IMG/VR virus record: IMGVR_UViG_3300047160_002053
Location: 40,163-104,162 of that record
Direction: 5' to 3' (one strand)
Origin: a virus
DNA length: 64,000 nucleotides
Of the stretch, positions 29,775 through 39,587 are shown piece by piece; the first letter of the stretch is position 1; every line of letters starts with the position of its first letter. The position numbers and the translations under genes were made by a program. The notes below the pieces were generated by a model that saw only the letters and a program-made list of their open reading frames with translations, was not told the DNA's origin and did not search any database.

Positions 29775-30833
29775 TTACGTTGCAGTTACTTTCACCGCAT
29801 ATCCTGCGATTGCGGTACTCAATACTGGCGCTCCAACGTTTCCTATTCCTAGGAACATCGTACTCAAAAGAAGAATAGGCTGTCCGCCGTCTCCTCCGAG
29901 TGCTACCAGTCCATCCAGAGTGATCTGGGCGGATTTAATTTTTGCCATTGATTCTGCTTCAACCATCATTTGGCTACCCTTCAAGGTAATTTCAGATTGA
30001 GATTGAACAGAAAGTTTTTGACATTCCAATGTAGCAGATCCAGAAGCTTTTGCTGCCAAAGCAGCAACGTCGATATTGAAATCTTTCGTAGCTTTAAAAT
30101 TGATACTTTCATTTGTAGTTACATTGAAATTCTTTTTAGTGGTGTTTGAGATGTCGTCATCAGCTGTCAAGTCCGCTTTACCGTTCTTGTCTAGGCGCTG
30201 AGTGATAGTTTTATGTTTTACTTGGTAAGAACCGTCTTTTTCGATAGTAATTACTGTAGGTCCCTGCTGATCGTCTAAAGGCTTACCTTGAGCATCGGTA
30301 GCTCCACGGAAAGTGAGTGTAGCAGATCCGTCCGTATTGATTACAACATTGATTCCGTTGTATTCACCTTGCAAGTATGGACCTTCATCCTTGAGAGTTG
30401 TCTTTCTGTCTGGATGAGTCAAATGGCCAATGATGATGGCTTTATCGGACATACCATCTAGGCAAAGCATAAGAACAATCGAGCCATCCTGACCCTTTAA
30501 ATTGGTAGAATCGCCCTTTGTAGTCTTTTTCTTCTTAGGACGAAGAGCCATTTCAAAGAAGTCTGCGATTGATCCAAGACCTTCTGCAGACATACAGTTA
30601 CGATACTGAATAGTAGTCGCACCTTTATCTTCATGTTGCTCAACCACAAGAACGTCATATTCAGTGGTAAGCTTAGAGCGATTGCTTTCATCGCTGACCG
30701 GATAGGTAGCAGTAACGATCCCAATGCGAAGAGCATAGCTTTTGTAGCTCTTATTGAAACCCGCCATCATATCATGTGCTTCTGTGCTCAGTAATCCCTG
30801 CGGCAATACTGCGCCATTATCTAGCTTATTCAT
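29775..30833 (-). CDS. baseplate central spike (gpV/gp5-like)
   Basis: N-terminal OB-like region then beta-helix-type repeats; follows hub gene. Confidence 0.7.
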   Translation of the reverse strand: MNKLDNGAVLPQGLLSTEAHDMMAGFNKSYKSYALRIGIVTATYPVSDESNRSKLTTEYDVLVVEQHEDKGATTIQYRNCMSAEGLGSIADFFEMALRPKKKKTTKGDSTNLKGQDGSIVLMLCLDGMSDKAIIIGHLTHPDRKTTLKDEGPYLQGEYNGINVVINTDGSATLTFRGATDAQGKPLDDQQGPTVITIEKDGSYQVKHKTITQRLDKNGKADLTADDDISNTTKKNFNVTTNESINFKATKDFNIDVAALAAKASGSATLECQKLSVQSQSEITLKGSQMMVEAESMAKIKSAQITLDGLVALGGDGGQPILLLSTMFLGIGNVGAPVLSTAIAGYAVKVTAT

Positions 30834-32674
30834 TAGGCATCTTCTCCTTTCTTACCCTTACGTGGCGGATCGCCAGGCTGAGGAAATGGAGCATTCGCGC
30901 TGTGTGGCTGGTTCAGATCGTCTGGACGATAAACGACATCCTGTTCTTCTGAAATGCCAGGCAATATTTTATTATTGTCCCAATCGTTTTGACGTTTATC
31001 GTAAGCGCTAGTATAAGTCATCTCCGCATAATGAGTGCCATTCTGATTGCTTGATTTACTAACTCCACTTGACAAAGAAATAACGGTTCTGAAAAGTCTA
31101 TTTCCAGATTGAATTGCAATGCTACAAGAGTGATCAATCTCTTCGATGTGGTACACGTTACCATCCAATTCTAAATTGTCACCAACAGCAATCGGATCTT
31201 GAATACCGATGCAGGTAATATGACCATTTAATTTTAAATGCCCGCCAATAACTGCGTCGCCGACGATTTGAGCCCATGATGGACTACGATATTCTTTATT
31301 CGTAGTCGTAGGTTCGTCAAACTGAGTAGTTACAATGTACGGACGTAATCCGCTTCTTTGAACATCTTGAATGTCGTAGGCGTAGTTTTTTCTTGCAATT
31401 TCCTGTGCAATGTCTGCGCCTTCCTGTCCAACGGTAGATTTACCAAAATATTGAACAAAGTTAATTCTCGCAGCTTCTTCTCTGCCAATATCCATTTCGG
31501 TGATAAGCGCAGTAGAAATCTTCCAACGAGGCAAATTCAAGAACTTAGTAGTAGCTAAATTTGTCCCTTTAAAGTCTTCAGTAGTAAAAGGGATTTGTCT
31601 GAATACTACAGTGGGCATAACTCTACCATTTGGAGAGACCCTAAAGCAAGTGAAAAGCTCATTCAGAGGAGAATTCGTGTATTGATTCAAAATCGCCCAA
31701 GCTTTTACTTGGTTCCAATACTCTGGTTTCAGGAACGTATCGCCGCCACATGGAGTCGGAGTATAATAAATGCGTTCAAATTTTTGACTCAATCCGGCAG
31801 GATTTAATCCTACAGAAAGTTTTGTATTTGTAGATCCGCCAGCATATTTCTGAACACCAAAAATATGGACATAGATGTCTTTGGCGGCTTTGACGCCAGT
31901 TACACCTAAAAGTTTACCGACAAGCTGTGGCATGAAGAAATGCACGTTCGGACTTTTTACCGTACCGTTTTTTTCTAAACGTCCTTCATCGGAAATACCA
32001 GCTCCAATGAAACTTTGAACTAAAACAGCGATGACATCTTGGACATTCGTAAGTCCTTTGCCATTGATCAGTTGAGTCCAATCTTTGCCTAAATAAGACG
32101 CGAATAAAAGAGCATTATTAGGATCTTGATTTGGGTCGATAAGATATGGATTGAAATAAATCGTGTTATTGTATTCGGTGAAAGCAAATCCATTGATCTT
32201 AAATAAAACAATTTTGGTTCCAGTTTGAGGATCAACTGAAATTACTCGCCTAACACCTTGAACTTTGAAGATACCTTTAAATCCATCATTCTGTCCGTTG
32301 ATAGCTTGCTTTGCGCGAGCTGCATTTGCAACGCGACGAGCATCGTCTTCCCAATTCAACATATTAACAACCATGAAATCGCCAGGAGCAATCGAGGTTT
32401 CGTAGTTAACATCAGTCATGATCAAAGTAGCGTTTACAGAAGGAGTAAGATTTCCTTTCGATACGCTTACGCTGACTTGAAGACAGTCATTTTCAACAAC
32501 AAGAGGATCGCGAACTTCGGTGAGCGGAGTATTTGTTACACGGTAAGTATCTCTATTTTCCCAGCGCACGAACGTAAGAACCCATGCAGGCGCAGTCTGA
32601 TGGACTGCATTATCCTCATCCTTGCCCGATCCAATCGGTCCTACAAATTTTACGAAAGCTCTTGAGTCAGCCAT
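30833..32674 (-). CDS. baseplate hub (gp27/gpD-like)
   Basis: Between tape measure and spike; C-terminal I.VGD.L...YHIE.I.H motif. Confidence 0.7.
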   Translation of the reverse strand: MADSRAFVKFVGPIGSGKDEDNAVHQTAPAWVLTFVRWENRDTYRVTNTPLTEVRDPLVVENDCLQVSVSVSKGNLTPSVNATLIMTDVNYETSIAPGDFMVVNMLNWEDDARRVANAARAKQAINGQNDGFKGIFKVQGVRRVISVDPQTGTKIVLFKINGFAFTEYNNTIYFNPYLIDPNQDPNNALLFASYLGKDWTQLINGKGLTNVQDVIAVLVQSFIGAGISDEGRLEKNGTVKSPNVHFFMPQLVGKLLGVTGVKAAKDIYVHIFGVQKYAGGSTNTKLSVGLNPAGLSQKFERIYYTPTPCGGDTFLKPEYWNQVKAWAILNQYTNSPLNELFTCFRVSPNGRVMPTVVFRQIPFTTEDFKGTNLATTKFLNLPRWKISTALITEMDIGREEAARINFVQYFGKSTVGQEGADIAQEIARKNYAYDIQDVQRSGLRPYIVTTQFDEPTTTNKEYRSPSWAQIVGDAVIGGHLKLNGHITCIGIQDPIAVGDNLELDGNVYHIEEIDHSCSIAIQSGNRLFRTVISLSSGVSKSSNQNGTHYAEMTYTSAYDKRQNDWDNNKILPGISEEQDVVYRPDDLNQPHSANAPFPQPGDPPRKGKKGEDA

Positions 32675-35196
32675 TATTTTGATTGTTTCCCTGATTGTAC
32701 CTGAGTTCCTTTTTGCGTATAGCCTTTAAGAACGTCTTGTACTGCTTTGTAAGTGTCAGCGTTTTTATTTTGTCGAGCAGCTTCTAAAACCTGCTGTAGA
32801 GCGGCATTGGCTTCACGAACTTCGCGAGTCCACGCAGCAGTAGCTTCTGCGGCAGATTTCATTGCAGGTGCCATTTCATTGAAATTATCCAATACAACCT
32901 TTGAATCAGCGGCCATAGCCTTGATAGTCGTATCTTCCATGCGACCAGTGCGCTCGATGCTAGTGAGTTTATCTTGAGCAATATTCTCACGTCCAAGTTG
33001 TTTGCCTTCCAAAGCTTCTGCCGGATTGATAGTACCCAAAGCACGGCTTATTGTTTGCTGCCTATTCATTGGCCCAAGCTCTGTGGTCTGAAAAGTTGTT
33101 AATTTATTAAAATCATTTCTAACATCTTCTGGAGCATTTCTTATGTCTTCTTCAGTCAGACGCTCTTTACCTATATTTTTTGCATATGATTTTATTTTAT
33201 CTCTAAGCTGATCTGCTTGCTTGAAACGACTAACTGCTCCAGATGTCGTTCCACTTACTCTGGAAATCAATTCTTTAGAGCTAATTCCGGCTTCTTTTGC
33301 GGCGGCTTCAACTACCGGATGATCTTCTGTAAGCTCATCTTCTCTAATTGCCATAAGACCTTGCTTAGTCATGGTAGAAAGCTTTCTTAAAGATGGATCA
33401 GATAAAAACCCTGCAGCTCTCATTACGCCACGCGGTCCTGTTGTAGTCTGAGAAATTTGCTGATATTGTTCGTAAGCAGTTTTAGCTGCAGAAATTCCTG
33501 CATTAGTATTCTCACCAACGAATCGACCAAATCCTCCAGAGATACGCTCTTGATCTGAATCTGATCTCGCGCCTGAGCGTGCAATAATTTCCGCTGTCAT
33601 TTGAGTAAAACGACGATTTTCTTCTGCGAACTTAGAATCATCCAATCCAAGCTTCATACCTTCTGCTAAAATTTTAACAGTAGCCTGCTTAGTAGATTCA
33701 GAACTTCCTAGACTTCCAGAAAGTGTGCCAAGAATTTGATTTGCATTAGTCAAATCCATACCACGTTCCATTTGAAGGCCGAAAGTGGCATTTCGTGCCA
33801 TTTGCGTAGATCCACCAGAACCTAAGATTCCAGACCCCATTTGCATTGCCATCTCAGGAGTGAATCCTGCACCGATAGCGCCTTCCATATAGCCGCCGCG
33901 ACCGTAGAATCCTGAATTGTTCAGGCCAAGTCCGCGCTGCATATCAAGGTTACGCTGCCAATTTTGTTCGTATTCGCCAACCGCAGCAGTTTTGAAAGGA
34001 TTTTGTTTTTTCTGACCTTCATACGAATCGTTATATGCGTTAACCATGTCAGATGCCAACATCGAATTGTAACGATTTCTTTGAGTCTCAGAAAAAGGAC
34101 TAAGCATGAGAGCGCGTTGTCTTTCGTCGCTCAATGCTCCCCAGATACCACGGCCTGCGCCATAGATACCGCCGACACCAGCGCCGATCAGAGCACCCGT
34201 CTTAGCTCCACCGGCTGCACCGGCAATTGCTCCAGGAATTGCTCCAACACCACCAGCTGCTCCACCGGCAGTAAATCCACCGATACCTCCGACGACACCG
34301 CCAATCGTAGCTCCGGTAGCTGCTCCACCGGCAACACCTTGGCCCCATCCTTTCAGAAGTGTTCCACCAAGAGACCATTTGTCGGCAGTTTGTGCTGCAG
34401 ACATCGTTTCAAGAGCTTGACGCGCAGCGCGTGCTCTTTCTGCGGAGAACATAAGTTCAAACGGAGATCGACGATTATAAATATCGGAAGCTGCACGGCC
34501 AAGACTTCCGTTGACCGCAGATCCCATAGCTGATTCGGTGCGAACCGGAGCCATACTCATGTCGCGGTACATATTTGCACCTTCGACCATAGTGCCGCCG
34601 AGCCACGCTGCGCCCGTACCTACGGCACCCAAAATAGCGCCAGGAGAGGCCATGCGATAGCCAGCCTTAGCTGCGCCCATTATTCCGCCGCCTTGATATG
34701 CGCGAGCGAGACGTTCCATGCCTTGAGGTTTCAAGGATTCACGAGCGTCTAAAGATTGATTCATTGCCGCATCGCGTTGGCGATATGCTTCTCTTTGTTG
34801 TTGTAAATTCGATTCTACGCGAGCAATTTTCTCTTTGATGTCCAATTCTTCTTTGGAATCTTTAACCATCTGCTTTTGCTGGTCCTGCATCTTTTTGAGA
34901 ACTTCAGAACGCTGTGCGATGATTTTCCCCAATCGTTCCTGAGCTTTAGCTTGCTCAGAGATCATTTGATCAATCTCACGACGGGATTGCTGGGTCGCTT
35001 TTCTGTAAGCTTCAACGCTAGGAGCCGACATAATGCCGCCCATACCGTTTTGCTGCATACGTTGCGCCGTGTCACGTTGCATACGTGCCATATCAGCAGG
35101 TGCATAGAGGTCTTTCAACTTCTTTTGCATCTCTTGTACCGACCTGTCAAAGTCAGCTGTATCAAATTTGGCAGAAAATACGAACTCTTTTTTCAC
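32674..35196 (-). CDS. tape measure protein
   Basis: 840 aa, helical, Ala/Gly/Gln/Met rich with glycine-zipper segment; canonical position upstream of hub. Confidence 0.7.
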   Translation of the reverse strand: MKKEFVFSAKFDTADFDRSVQEMQKKLKDLYAPADMARMQRDTAQRMQQNGMGGIMSAPSVEAYRKATQQSRREIDQMISEQAKAQERLGKIIAQRSEVLKKMQDQQKQMVKDSKEELDIKEKIARVESNLQQQREAYRQRDAAMNQSLDARESLKPQGMERLARAYQGGGIMGAAKAGYRMASPGAILGAVGTGAAWLGGTMVEGANMYRDMSMAPVRTESAMGSAVNGSLGRAASDIYNRRSPFELMFSAERARAARQALETMSAAQTADKWSLGGTLLKGWGQGVAGGAATGATIGGVVGGIGGFTAGGAAGGVGAIPGAIAGAAGGAKTGALIGAGVGGIYGAGRGIWGALSDERQRALMLSPFSETQRNRYNSMLASDMVNAYNDSYEGQKKQNPFKTAAVGEYEQNWQRNLDMQRGLGLNNSGFYGRGGYMEGAIGAGFTPEMAMQMGSGILGSGGSTQMARNATFGLQMERGMDLTNANQILGTLSGSLGSSESTKQATVKILAEGMKLGLDDSKFAEENRRFTQMTAEIIARSGARSDSDQERISGGFGRFVGENTNAGISAAKTAYEQYQQISQTTTGPRGVMRAAGFLSDPSLRKLSTMTKQGLMAIREDELTEDHPVVEAAAKEAGISSKELISRVSGTTSGAVSRFKQADQLRDKIKSYAKNIGKERLTEEDIRNAPEDVRNDFNKLTTFQTTELGPMNRQQTISRALGTINPAEALEGKQLGRENIAQDKLTSIERTGRMEDTTIKAMAADSKVVLDNFNEMAPAMKSAAEATAAWTREVREANAALQQVLEAARQNKNADTYKAVQDVLKGYTQKGTQVQSGKQSK

Positions 35197-35221
35197 GTTT
35201 ACACCCTAATTAGCCTACTCT

Positions 35222-35228
35222 AAAGATT
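35222..35228 (-). promoter_or_regulatory. AATCTTT variant of putative late promoter motif
   Basis: GCAATCTTTAG 25 nt upstream of GTG 35196. Confidence 0.5.
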
Positions 35229-35278
35229 GCAGTTATTCAGAATCGGCCATATCTCTTATATCAGATCTCTAATTAAAC

Positions 35279-35307
35279 TTGACTTTTTTAATCAAGTTAG
35301 ATATTCT
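35279..35307 (+). promoter_or_regulatory. sigma70-type promoter
   Basis: TTGACT-17-TATTCT. Confidence 0.7.
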
Positions 35308-35367
35308 GCTTGTATCTGGCGCTTAGACCGGATATATTGAATCTAGGACTTGCAGAAAGGGAATCCA

Positions 35368-35595
35368 ATGCGGACCAAGAAAACGAAGGCTAAGACGGCG
35401 AAAACGAAGACCAAAAAGGTGGCACCGAAAGCTCCTACCATTATGGATCGCCTACCCAAGAACCGTGGCGAATGGCTGGAACTGGTCATCAAAATGACCG
35501 AAAAGCACATTATCGACGGAAGACCTGATTACTTGGTTTCTCAGGCTGAACGACTGAAAGCCGAACTCAAAGTTTGGAAAGAAGAAAATTCATAA
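35368..35595 (+). CDS. small protein with Lys-rich N-terminus
   Basis: MRTKKTKAKTAKTKTKK...; AAGGGA SD before ATG 35368. Confidence 0.65.
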   Translation: MRTKKTKAKTAKTKTKKVAPKAPTIMDRLPKNRGEWLELVIKMTEKHIIDGRPDYLVSQAERLKAELKVWKEENS

Positions 35596-35615
35596 GTTAC
35601 GGCAATCTTTAGAAA

Positions 35616-35879
35616 ATGAAGGACGACAATTTCATTTTCTTACTATTGACCGGAATTTACATTTTCACATTCTGGCTAATCTGCTATCAGATCGAATTGC
35701 GCTGGCGTCCTGTCGCACGCATAAAATGTAAATTTGGATACCATAAACGCAAGTTCAAGCGTTTAGGACAAGACGTGTCAAGTTATCGCTGCGAAGTCTG
35801 CGGAAAAGCCAAAGACCATCCTCATCTCAAAGTTATCGACGGCGGCAAAAAAGACTTTGATGTTCCCTTTCGGTTCTGA
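35616..35879 (+). CDS. membrane-anchored Zn-finger microprotein
   Basis: N-terminal TM then C-x3-YH...CEVC. Confidence 0.6.
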   Translation: MKDDNFIFLLLTGIYIFTFWLICYQIELRWRPVARIKCKFGYHKRKFKRLGQDVSSYRCEVCGKAKDHPHLKVIDGGKKDFDVPFRF

Positions 35880-35902
35880 TATATTACTTTCGGAGGTAAT
35901 CA

Positions 35903-36286
35903 ATGAATCCGAAAGATTATGTACAAAACGCACTAAAAACTGAATCCAACAACTTTGAAGCAATCGCTCAGCGTGTTGGTGCTCCCGAAAATATTCGTTT
36001 ACTTCACGCAGCAATTGGCCTTGCGACTGAAGCTGGCGAAATTCAAGATCAATTGAAAAAGGCCGTATTCTACGGAAAGCCTCTTGATAAAGTAAATCTC
36101 GAAGAAGAACTTGGAGATTTGTTCTGGTACATCGCGATCATGTCCGATACTCTCGGTGTTTCGTTTGACCAGATCATGGAAAAGAACATCGCTAAGCTAA
36201 AAGCTCGTTACGGCGATAAGTTCACTGAAAAAGCAGCTCTTGAACGTAATTTGGATGCTGAACGCGAAATTTTGGAGAAAAAATGA
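35903..36286 (+). CDS. mazG: MazG-like nucleotide pyrophosphohydrolase
   Basis: GLATEAGE...KK...EEELGDLFWY...NIAKL..RY. Confidence 0.9.
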   Translation: MNPKDYVQNALKTESNNFEAIAQRVGAPENIRLLHAAIGLATEAGEIQDQLKKAVFYGKPLDKVNLEEELGDLFWYIAIMSDTLGVSFDQIMEKNIAKLKARYGDKFTEKAALERNLDAEREILEKK

Positions 36287-36432
36287 AATATTTAGTTTTG
36301 ATTCTTGCTCTCGGCGTTGTTGGATGTTCTTCTACGCCAAAAGTTCTCATGAAGAATTGCGAGAAACTGAAAAATGGATATTACGAGTGTGAAGAAATTC
36401 CGAAGAAAAATATCGGAGAACGAGTTCGTTAG
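36283..36432 (+). CDS. small lipoprotein (49 aa)
   Basis: Hand translation MKYLVLILALGVVGCSSTPK...; lipobox VVGC; ATGA coupling to mazG. Confidence 0.65.
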   Translation: MKYLVLILALGVVGCSSTPKVLMKNCEKLKNGYYECEEIPKKNIGERVR

Positions 36433-36593
36433 AACTTACGACACTCGTCGTCAACTAACCAAGTAACACAGATCGGCCCAAGAGTCCAAATCCGACAGTT
36501 ACAAATTGCTTTCATGTATTCTGGGCCATTTTTCCAGCTAATAGAACCGTCAGGTTTTCGCCACAGTCCTACGTCTAATCGTCCGATTCTCAT
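36429..36593 (-). CDS. hypothetical microprotein (54 aa)
   Basis: Hand translation MRIGRLDVGLWRKPDGSISW...; GAGG SD. Confidence 0.5.
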   Translation of the reverse strand: MRIGRLDVGLWRKPDGSISWKNGPEYMKAICNCRIWTLGPICVTWLVDDECRKF

Positions 36594-36741
36594 CTTTTAA
36601 TTCCTCTTCCGCAATTTTCTTTCCAGCTTGACGCTCACGCGCTTTAGCTTTCTTGGTAGATTTATGCGGATTTATATCTAAAGCCCAGTTTTGTGCTTGA
36701 AGCGATCTTTTTCCAATTTTTCTTGTATCGTTGCTGCCCAT
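36550..36741 (-). CDS. small basic protein
   Basis: 63 aa, coupled to Rrf2 stop. Confidence 0.55.
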   Translation of the reverse strand: MGSNDTRKIGKRSLQAQNWALDINPHKSTKKAKARERQAGKKIAEEELKDENRTIRRRTVAKT

Positions 36742-37073
36742 TATAATTTCGTGTTCTTATGCGCGTTGATAAGATTTTGACGCAATTCAAGAACCGATCC
36801 TTGTTCACCTTTTAGGTTATCGTCAATCGTTCCTACGGCCTTAGCAATATCATAGGCGCTTACTTCTTTAGACTTGTCAATCGTGTAGCCTCCGCCTTGA
36901 CCGCGCTTCACGATAACAATCTCTGCGCTTTTAAGGGCGTGCATAATCTGGACCAAAAAGGTCGATGTCACTCCGATTTCTACAGCGAGTTCAGACGTTT
37001 TTACCAAGCCGTCCTTCTTTTTAAGAGCGGCTATCGCATTTATACCGATTTCAAGTTTTTTATTCAGCTTCAT
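36741..37073 (-). CDS. Rrf2-family transcriptional regulator (no cysteines)
   Basis: wHTH with L.QI...L...IV...RG.GGGY signature. Confidence 0.85.
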   Translation of the reverse strand: MKLNKKLEIGINAIAALKKKDGLVKTSELAVEIGVTSTFLVQIMHALKSAEIVIVKRGQGGGYTIDKSKEVSAYDIAKAVGTIDDNLKGEQGSVLELRQNLINAHKNTKL

Positions 37074-37079
37074 ACTAAC

Positions 37080-37108
37080 ATCCTATCTCAAACTTGACTA
37101 AATTACAA
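37080..37108 (-). promoter_or_regulatory. sigma70-type promoter, probably leaderless transcript
   Basis: TTGTAA-17-TAGGAT, 6 nt before ATG 37073. Confidence 0.6.
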
Positions 37109-37111
37109 GGA

Positions 37112-37366
37112 TTAAATTGGTGCCCCTGGAGGCTTATTTAAGATCTGAGTATATCCATAGAAGTCGATTAGGCTTTTGATTGATTCAATCGCATCTGGAT
37201 GCCAATTGGTCTCTTCGCCTAGCCAATAAGCGATCACGATGCATGGCACGAATGTCATTGACGCTAAGTATCCAACGCAACGCTTAACATCGCGTCCGCC
37301 TTTATCGTTAAACCATGAAATGCAAAACTTTTTATTCGCGCTATATGTGTCTAAGTCAATCGTCAC
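37112..37366 (-). CDS. hypothetical protein
   Basis: Likely GTG start overlapping the end of thyX. Confidence 0.55.
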   Translation of the reverse strand: MTIDLDTYSANKKFCISWFNDKGGRDVKRCVGYLASMTFVPCIVIAYWLGEETNWHPDAIESIKSLIDFYGYTQILNKPPGAPI

Positions 37367-38222
37367 TTGGGCCTTCAAACGTAGTGATATTCTCGTGCGC
37401 AAGTGTTTTTCGATATTGAATCCAGCCTTCACTGAAGTTCCCAGAACGCATACTCAACATATCTGATTGAGCCTGATGTTCTGCTGGGGAAGCGTGAATA
37501 GGAAGCTGGCCCAAAAGACGGTCGTATAGCTTTAGGTCTTCTTGTACGGAAGGAACTTTCCCTTCATGATTCAAATAAGAGACTCGCGCACAGCGAGCGA
37601 CAGACATCTTAATTAGGTAGTCAATCAAATCTACGCCTTGTCCGAACTCATTGGCCACTAAAGCAAGATCTTCGTCACCAATAAAAGGTAAATGCCAACG
37701 TCCAAATTCAACTTCTTGTGGGGCGTTAGTCGAATAAACATTCCACATCTGCTTAGCCAATTCTGCGATCTCAGGCTGTGCCATTGGATGGTATCGAAGA
37801 GCGAAGAAGTTTGCGAAATCAGTAGCAGTGCAAACTACGGCAATGTGAGAAAATGGCTCAAGGATTCGATTCGCATATTGTTTATGAATTTCTAGATTCA
37901 TCATTTCAGTAGCCATTGTAACTGCACAATCACGAGCCTCTAGCCAAGTATTAACCGCCGCTTCGTGATCATCGCCAGTAAGAGCTTCGCCGCCTTGCAT
38001 ACCAGCTTTATTTTTAGTGAAAGCTAGTGGAATAGCAGGATTGTCAATGACCATTTGAATAGATTTCTTGACTGGGATCGCACGCGAGGAAGAAGCGTTG
38101 CGAGAGAACATTCTATGAGTCATAAACTCAGAGTGAATGAAACGAGGATACGTGAGAACGAAAGTTGTAATACGACATCCCGAAGGAGTGATACTATCCT
38201 TGACTATCTTTGCTTCGATCAT
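37356..38222 (-). CDS. thyX: flavin-dependent thymidylate synthase
   Basis: RFIHSEFMTHRMFSRNASSSRAIP, N.F.LR....AQPEI, HASPAEH motifs of phage ThyX. Confidence 0.9.
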   Translation of the reverse strand: MIEAKIVKDSITPSGCRITTFVLTYPRFIHSEFMTHRMFSRNASSSRAIPVKKSIQMVIDNPAIPLAFTKNKAGMQGGEALTGDDHEAAVNTWLEARDCAVTMATEMMNLEIHKQYANRILEPFSHIAVVCTATDFANFFALRYHPMAQPEIAELAKQMWNVYSTNAPQEVEFGRWHLPFIGDEDLALVANEFGQGVDLIDYLIKMSVARCARVSYLNHEGKVPSVQEDLKLYDRLLGQLPIHASPAEHQAQSDMLSMRSGNFSEGWIQYRKTLAHENITTFEGPSDD

Positions 38223-38379
38223 CTTGATTGCCTTTCTTCATTTTGGAATCGTAAATTGATTTTCCAGCCAAATAAACCGTGATCGTGACAAGTCCACCAG
38301 GAACAATAACGGCAGCAAGCCAAAGTCCCTTTGGCAACTTCTTGGCTTCTTGGTATGCTTCTGACAGAGCTTTCTTCAT
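38194..38379 (-). CDS. small membrane protein
   Basis: 61 aa with hydrophobic segment. Confidence 0.55.
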   Translation of the reverse strand: MKKALSEAYQEAKKLPKGLWLAAVIVPGGLVTITVYLAGKSIYDSKMKKGNQDDRSKDSQG

Positions 38380-38383
38380 GTCA

Positions 38384-38875
38384 TTATTTTACCTTCAATC
38401 CCCATTTTTTAGCAAGCTCTTTTCGTCTTGCTTTATGAAGGCTTTCGGATTGAAGGTGCGTCTTTCCATCGAGATGATCTGTCTCGTGCTGAACGCAGAC
38501 TGAATGGATTCTTTTGAAAACTTTTTCTTGCTTTGCGCCAGTCTCGTCTTGATATTCTAGCTTAACCCAGTCCGCTCTTTCTTGAAGCGTGAGTTTTTCT
38601 CCAGGAGCGCTCAGGCATCCTTCCTCTAGGTTCGCGGACGCAACTGACTTTGAAACGATCTTAGGATTTACGATGTAAAGCTTTTCCCCTTCTGGACCAA
38701 GCATAGTGAACATGCGGAAAGTCAGGCCGACCTGATTTGCAGCAAGTCCCATGCCATTATTTGCTACCATGGTTTCCCACATGGAATCCAAAAGCGTCTT
38801 CAGCTCTGGACCAAAAACAGTGACTTCTTTGCAGACTTGGAATAGTTCCGGAGATGGAAATTTAAGGATATTCAT
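38384..38875 (-). CDS. def: peptide deformylase
   Basis: GMGLAANQVG, EGCLS, QHETDHLDG. Confidence 0.95.
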   Translation of the reverse strand: MNILKFPSPELFQVCKEVTVFGPELKTLLDSMWETMVANNGMGLAANQVGLTFRMFTMLGPEGEKLYIVNPKIVSKSVASANLEEGCLSAPGEKLTLQERADWVKLEYQDETGAKQEKVFKRIHSVCVQHETDHLDGKTHLQSESLHKARRKELAKKWGLKVK

Positions 38876-39014
38876 TCAGGGTCTCATTAAGCTCTTTAAC
38901 GCGAGAAACAAAGGATTTAGGGTCCTTCTGATCTGTTATTTTACGCACTGTATAAAATCCAGCAGAAGCTAGAACTACAGCCCATATCAAATAGATTATC
39001 GCCGCGTGTCTCAT
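38862..39014 (-). CDS. single-TM microprotein (50 aa)
   Basis: Hand translation MRHAAIIYLIWAVVLASAGFYTVRK...; ATGA coupling. Confidence 0.55.
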   Translation of the reverse strand: MRHAAIIYLIWAVVLASAGFYTVRKITDQKDPKSFVSRVKELNETLNEYP

Positions 39015-39355
39015 TTGAAACGCCATTCAAGATTCAAGGAGTATTTATCTACTCCGATCTGACTTGTAATTTTATCGCAAAGGCCAAAAGTTGGCGCATT
39101 GAATTGAACTGATTTTTCTCGGACGGTTTTGGCTAGAAATACGCCTCCGCCTACGACATCGAAAGTCGTGTCGCCCAAAAGATAGTGGACTTCTTGCTCG
39201 GCATCTTTGGAAACTTTTTTCTCTGCTGTATCAATATTCTGAATGATGCCCGACTGTTTGCCGCCAGCTTCCATAGCTTTAGAACAGGCTTCGTGACCGT
39301 TACCACTAAACCCTGTACATGACGCTGCAATGATTAGAGCTGTTACGCTACCCAT
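39011..39355 (-). CDS. hypothetical exported protein (paralogue of 48799..49074)
   Basis: Start ATG 39355 (MGSVTAL); ends in aromatic beta-strand YSLNLEWRFK. Confidence 0.6.
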   Translation of the reverse strand: MGSVTALIIAASCTGFSGNGHEACSKAMEAGGKQSGIIQNIDTAEKKVSKDAEQEVHYLLGDTTFDVVGGGVFLAKTVREKSVQFNAPTFGLCDKITSQIGVDKYSLNLEWRFK

Positions 39356-39587
39356 CGTCTCCGTCTTCTGGATGAGTTGAATTCCAAAAGTCCTTATCGG
39401 CCTGTTCGTTTCGTTCCGCCATGGGAACTTCATTGTTTAAAATTTCTTCAGAGAGAGCAAACATGTGCTTTTCAAGACGAAGCTTGTTTCCTTCACCTTT
39501 AGTAGACTTCAACCCATCAGACAGTTGTCTTAGCGCTGTACCAGCGTCTATTTTACCTTGTCTATATGAGTCACAAACCTTGCACAT
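39348..39587 (-). CDS. hypothetical protein
   Basis: 79 aa, N-terminal CxxC. Confidence 0.6.
   Translation of the reverse strand: MCKVCDSYRQGKIDAGTALRQLSDGLKSTKGEGNKLRLEKHMFALSEEILNNEVPMAERNEQADKDFWNSTHPEDGDDG

Noticed and set aside
15031-35196. Bacterial contractile injection system or tailocin instead of a phage
   Set aside because: Flanked by phage-type thyX, RNR, RNA ligase/PNKP, homing endonucleases and dense small ORFs; no host housekeeping context
464-35223. Dozens of plus-strand ORFs of 60-235 aa overlapping the structural genes
   Set aside because: Antisense shadows of long minus-strand genes; Arg/Ser-rich, no SD, no motifs
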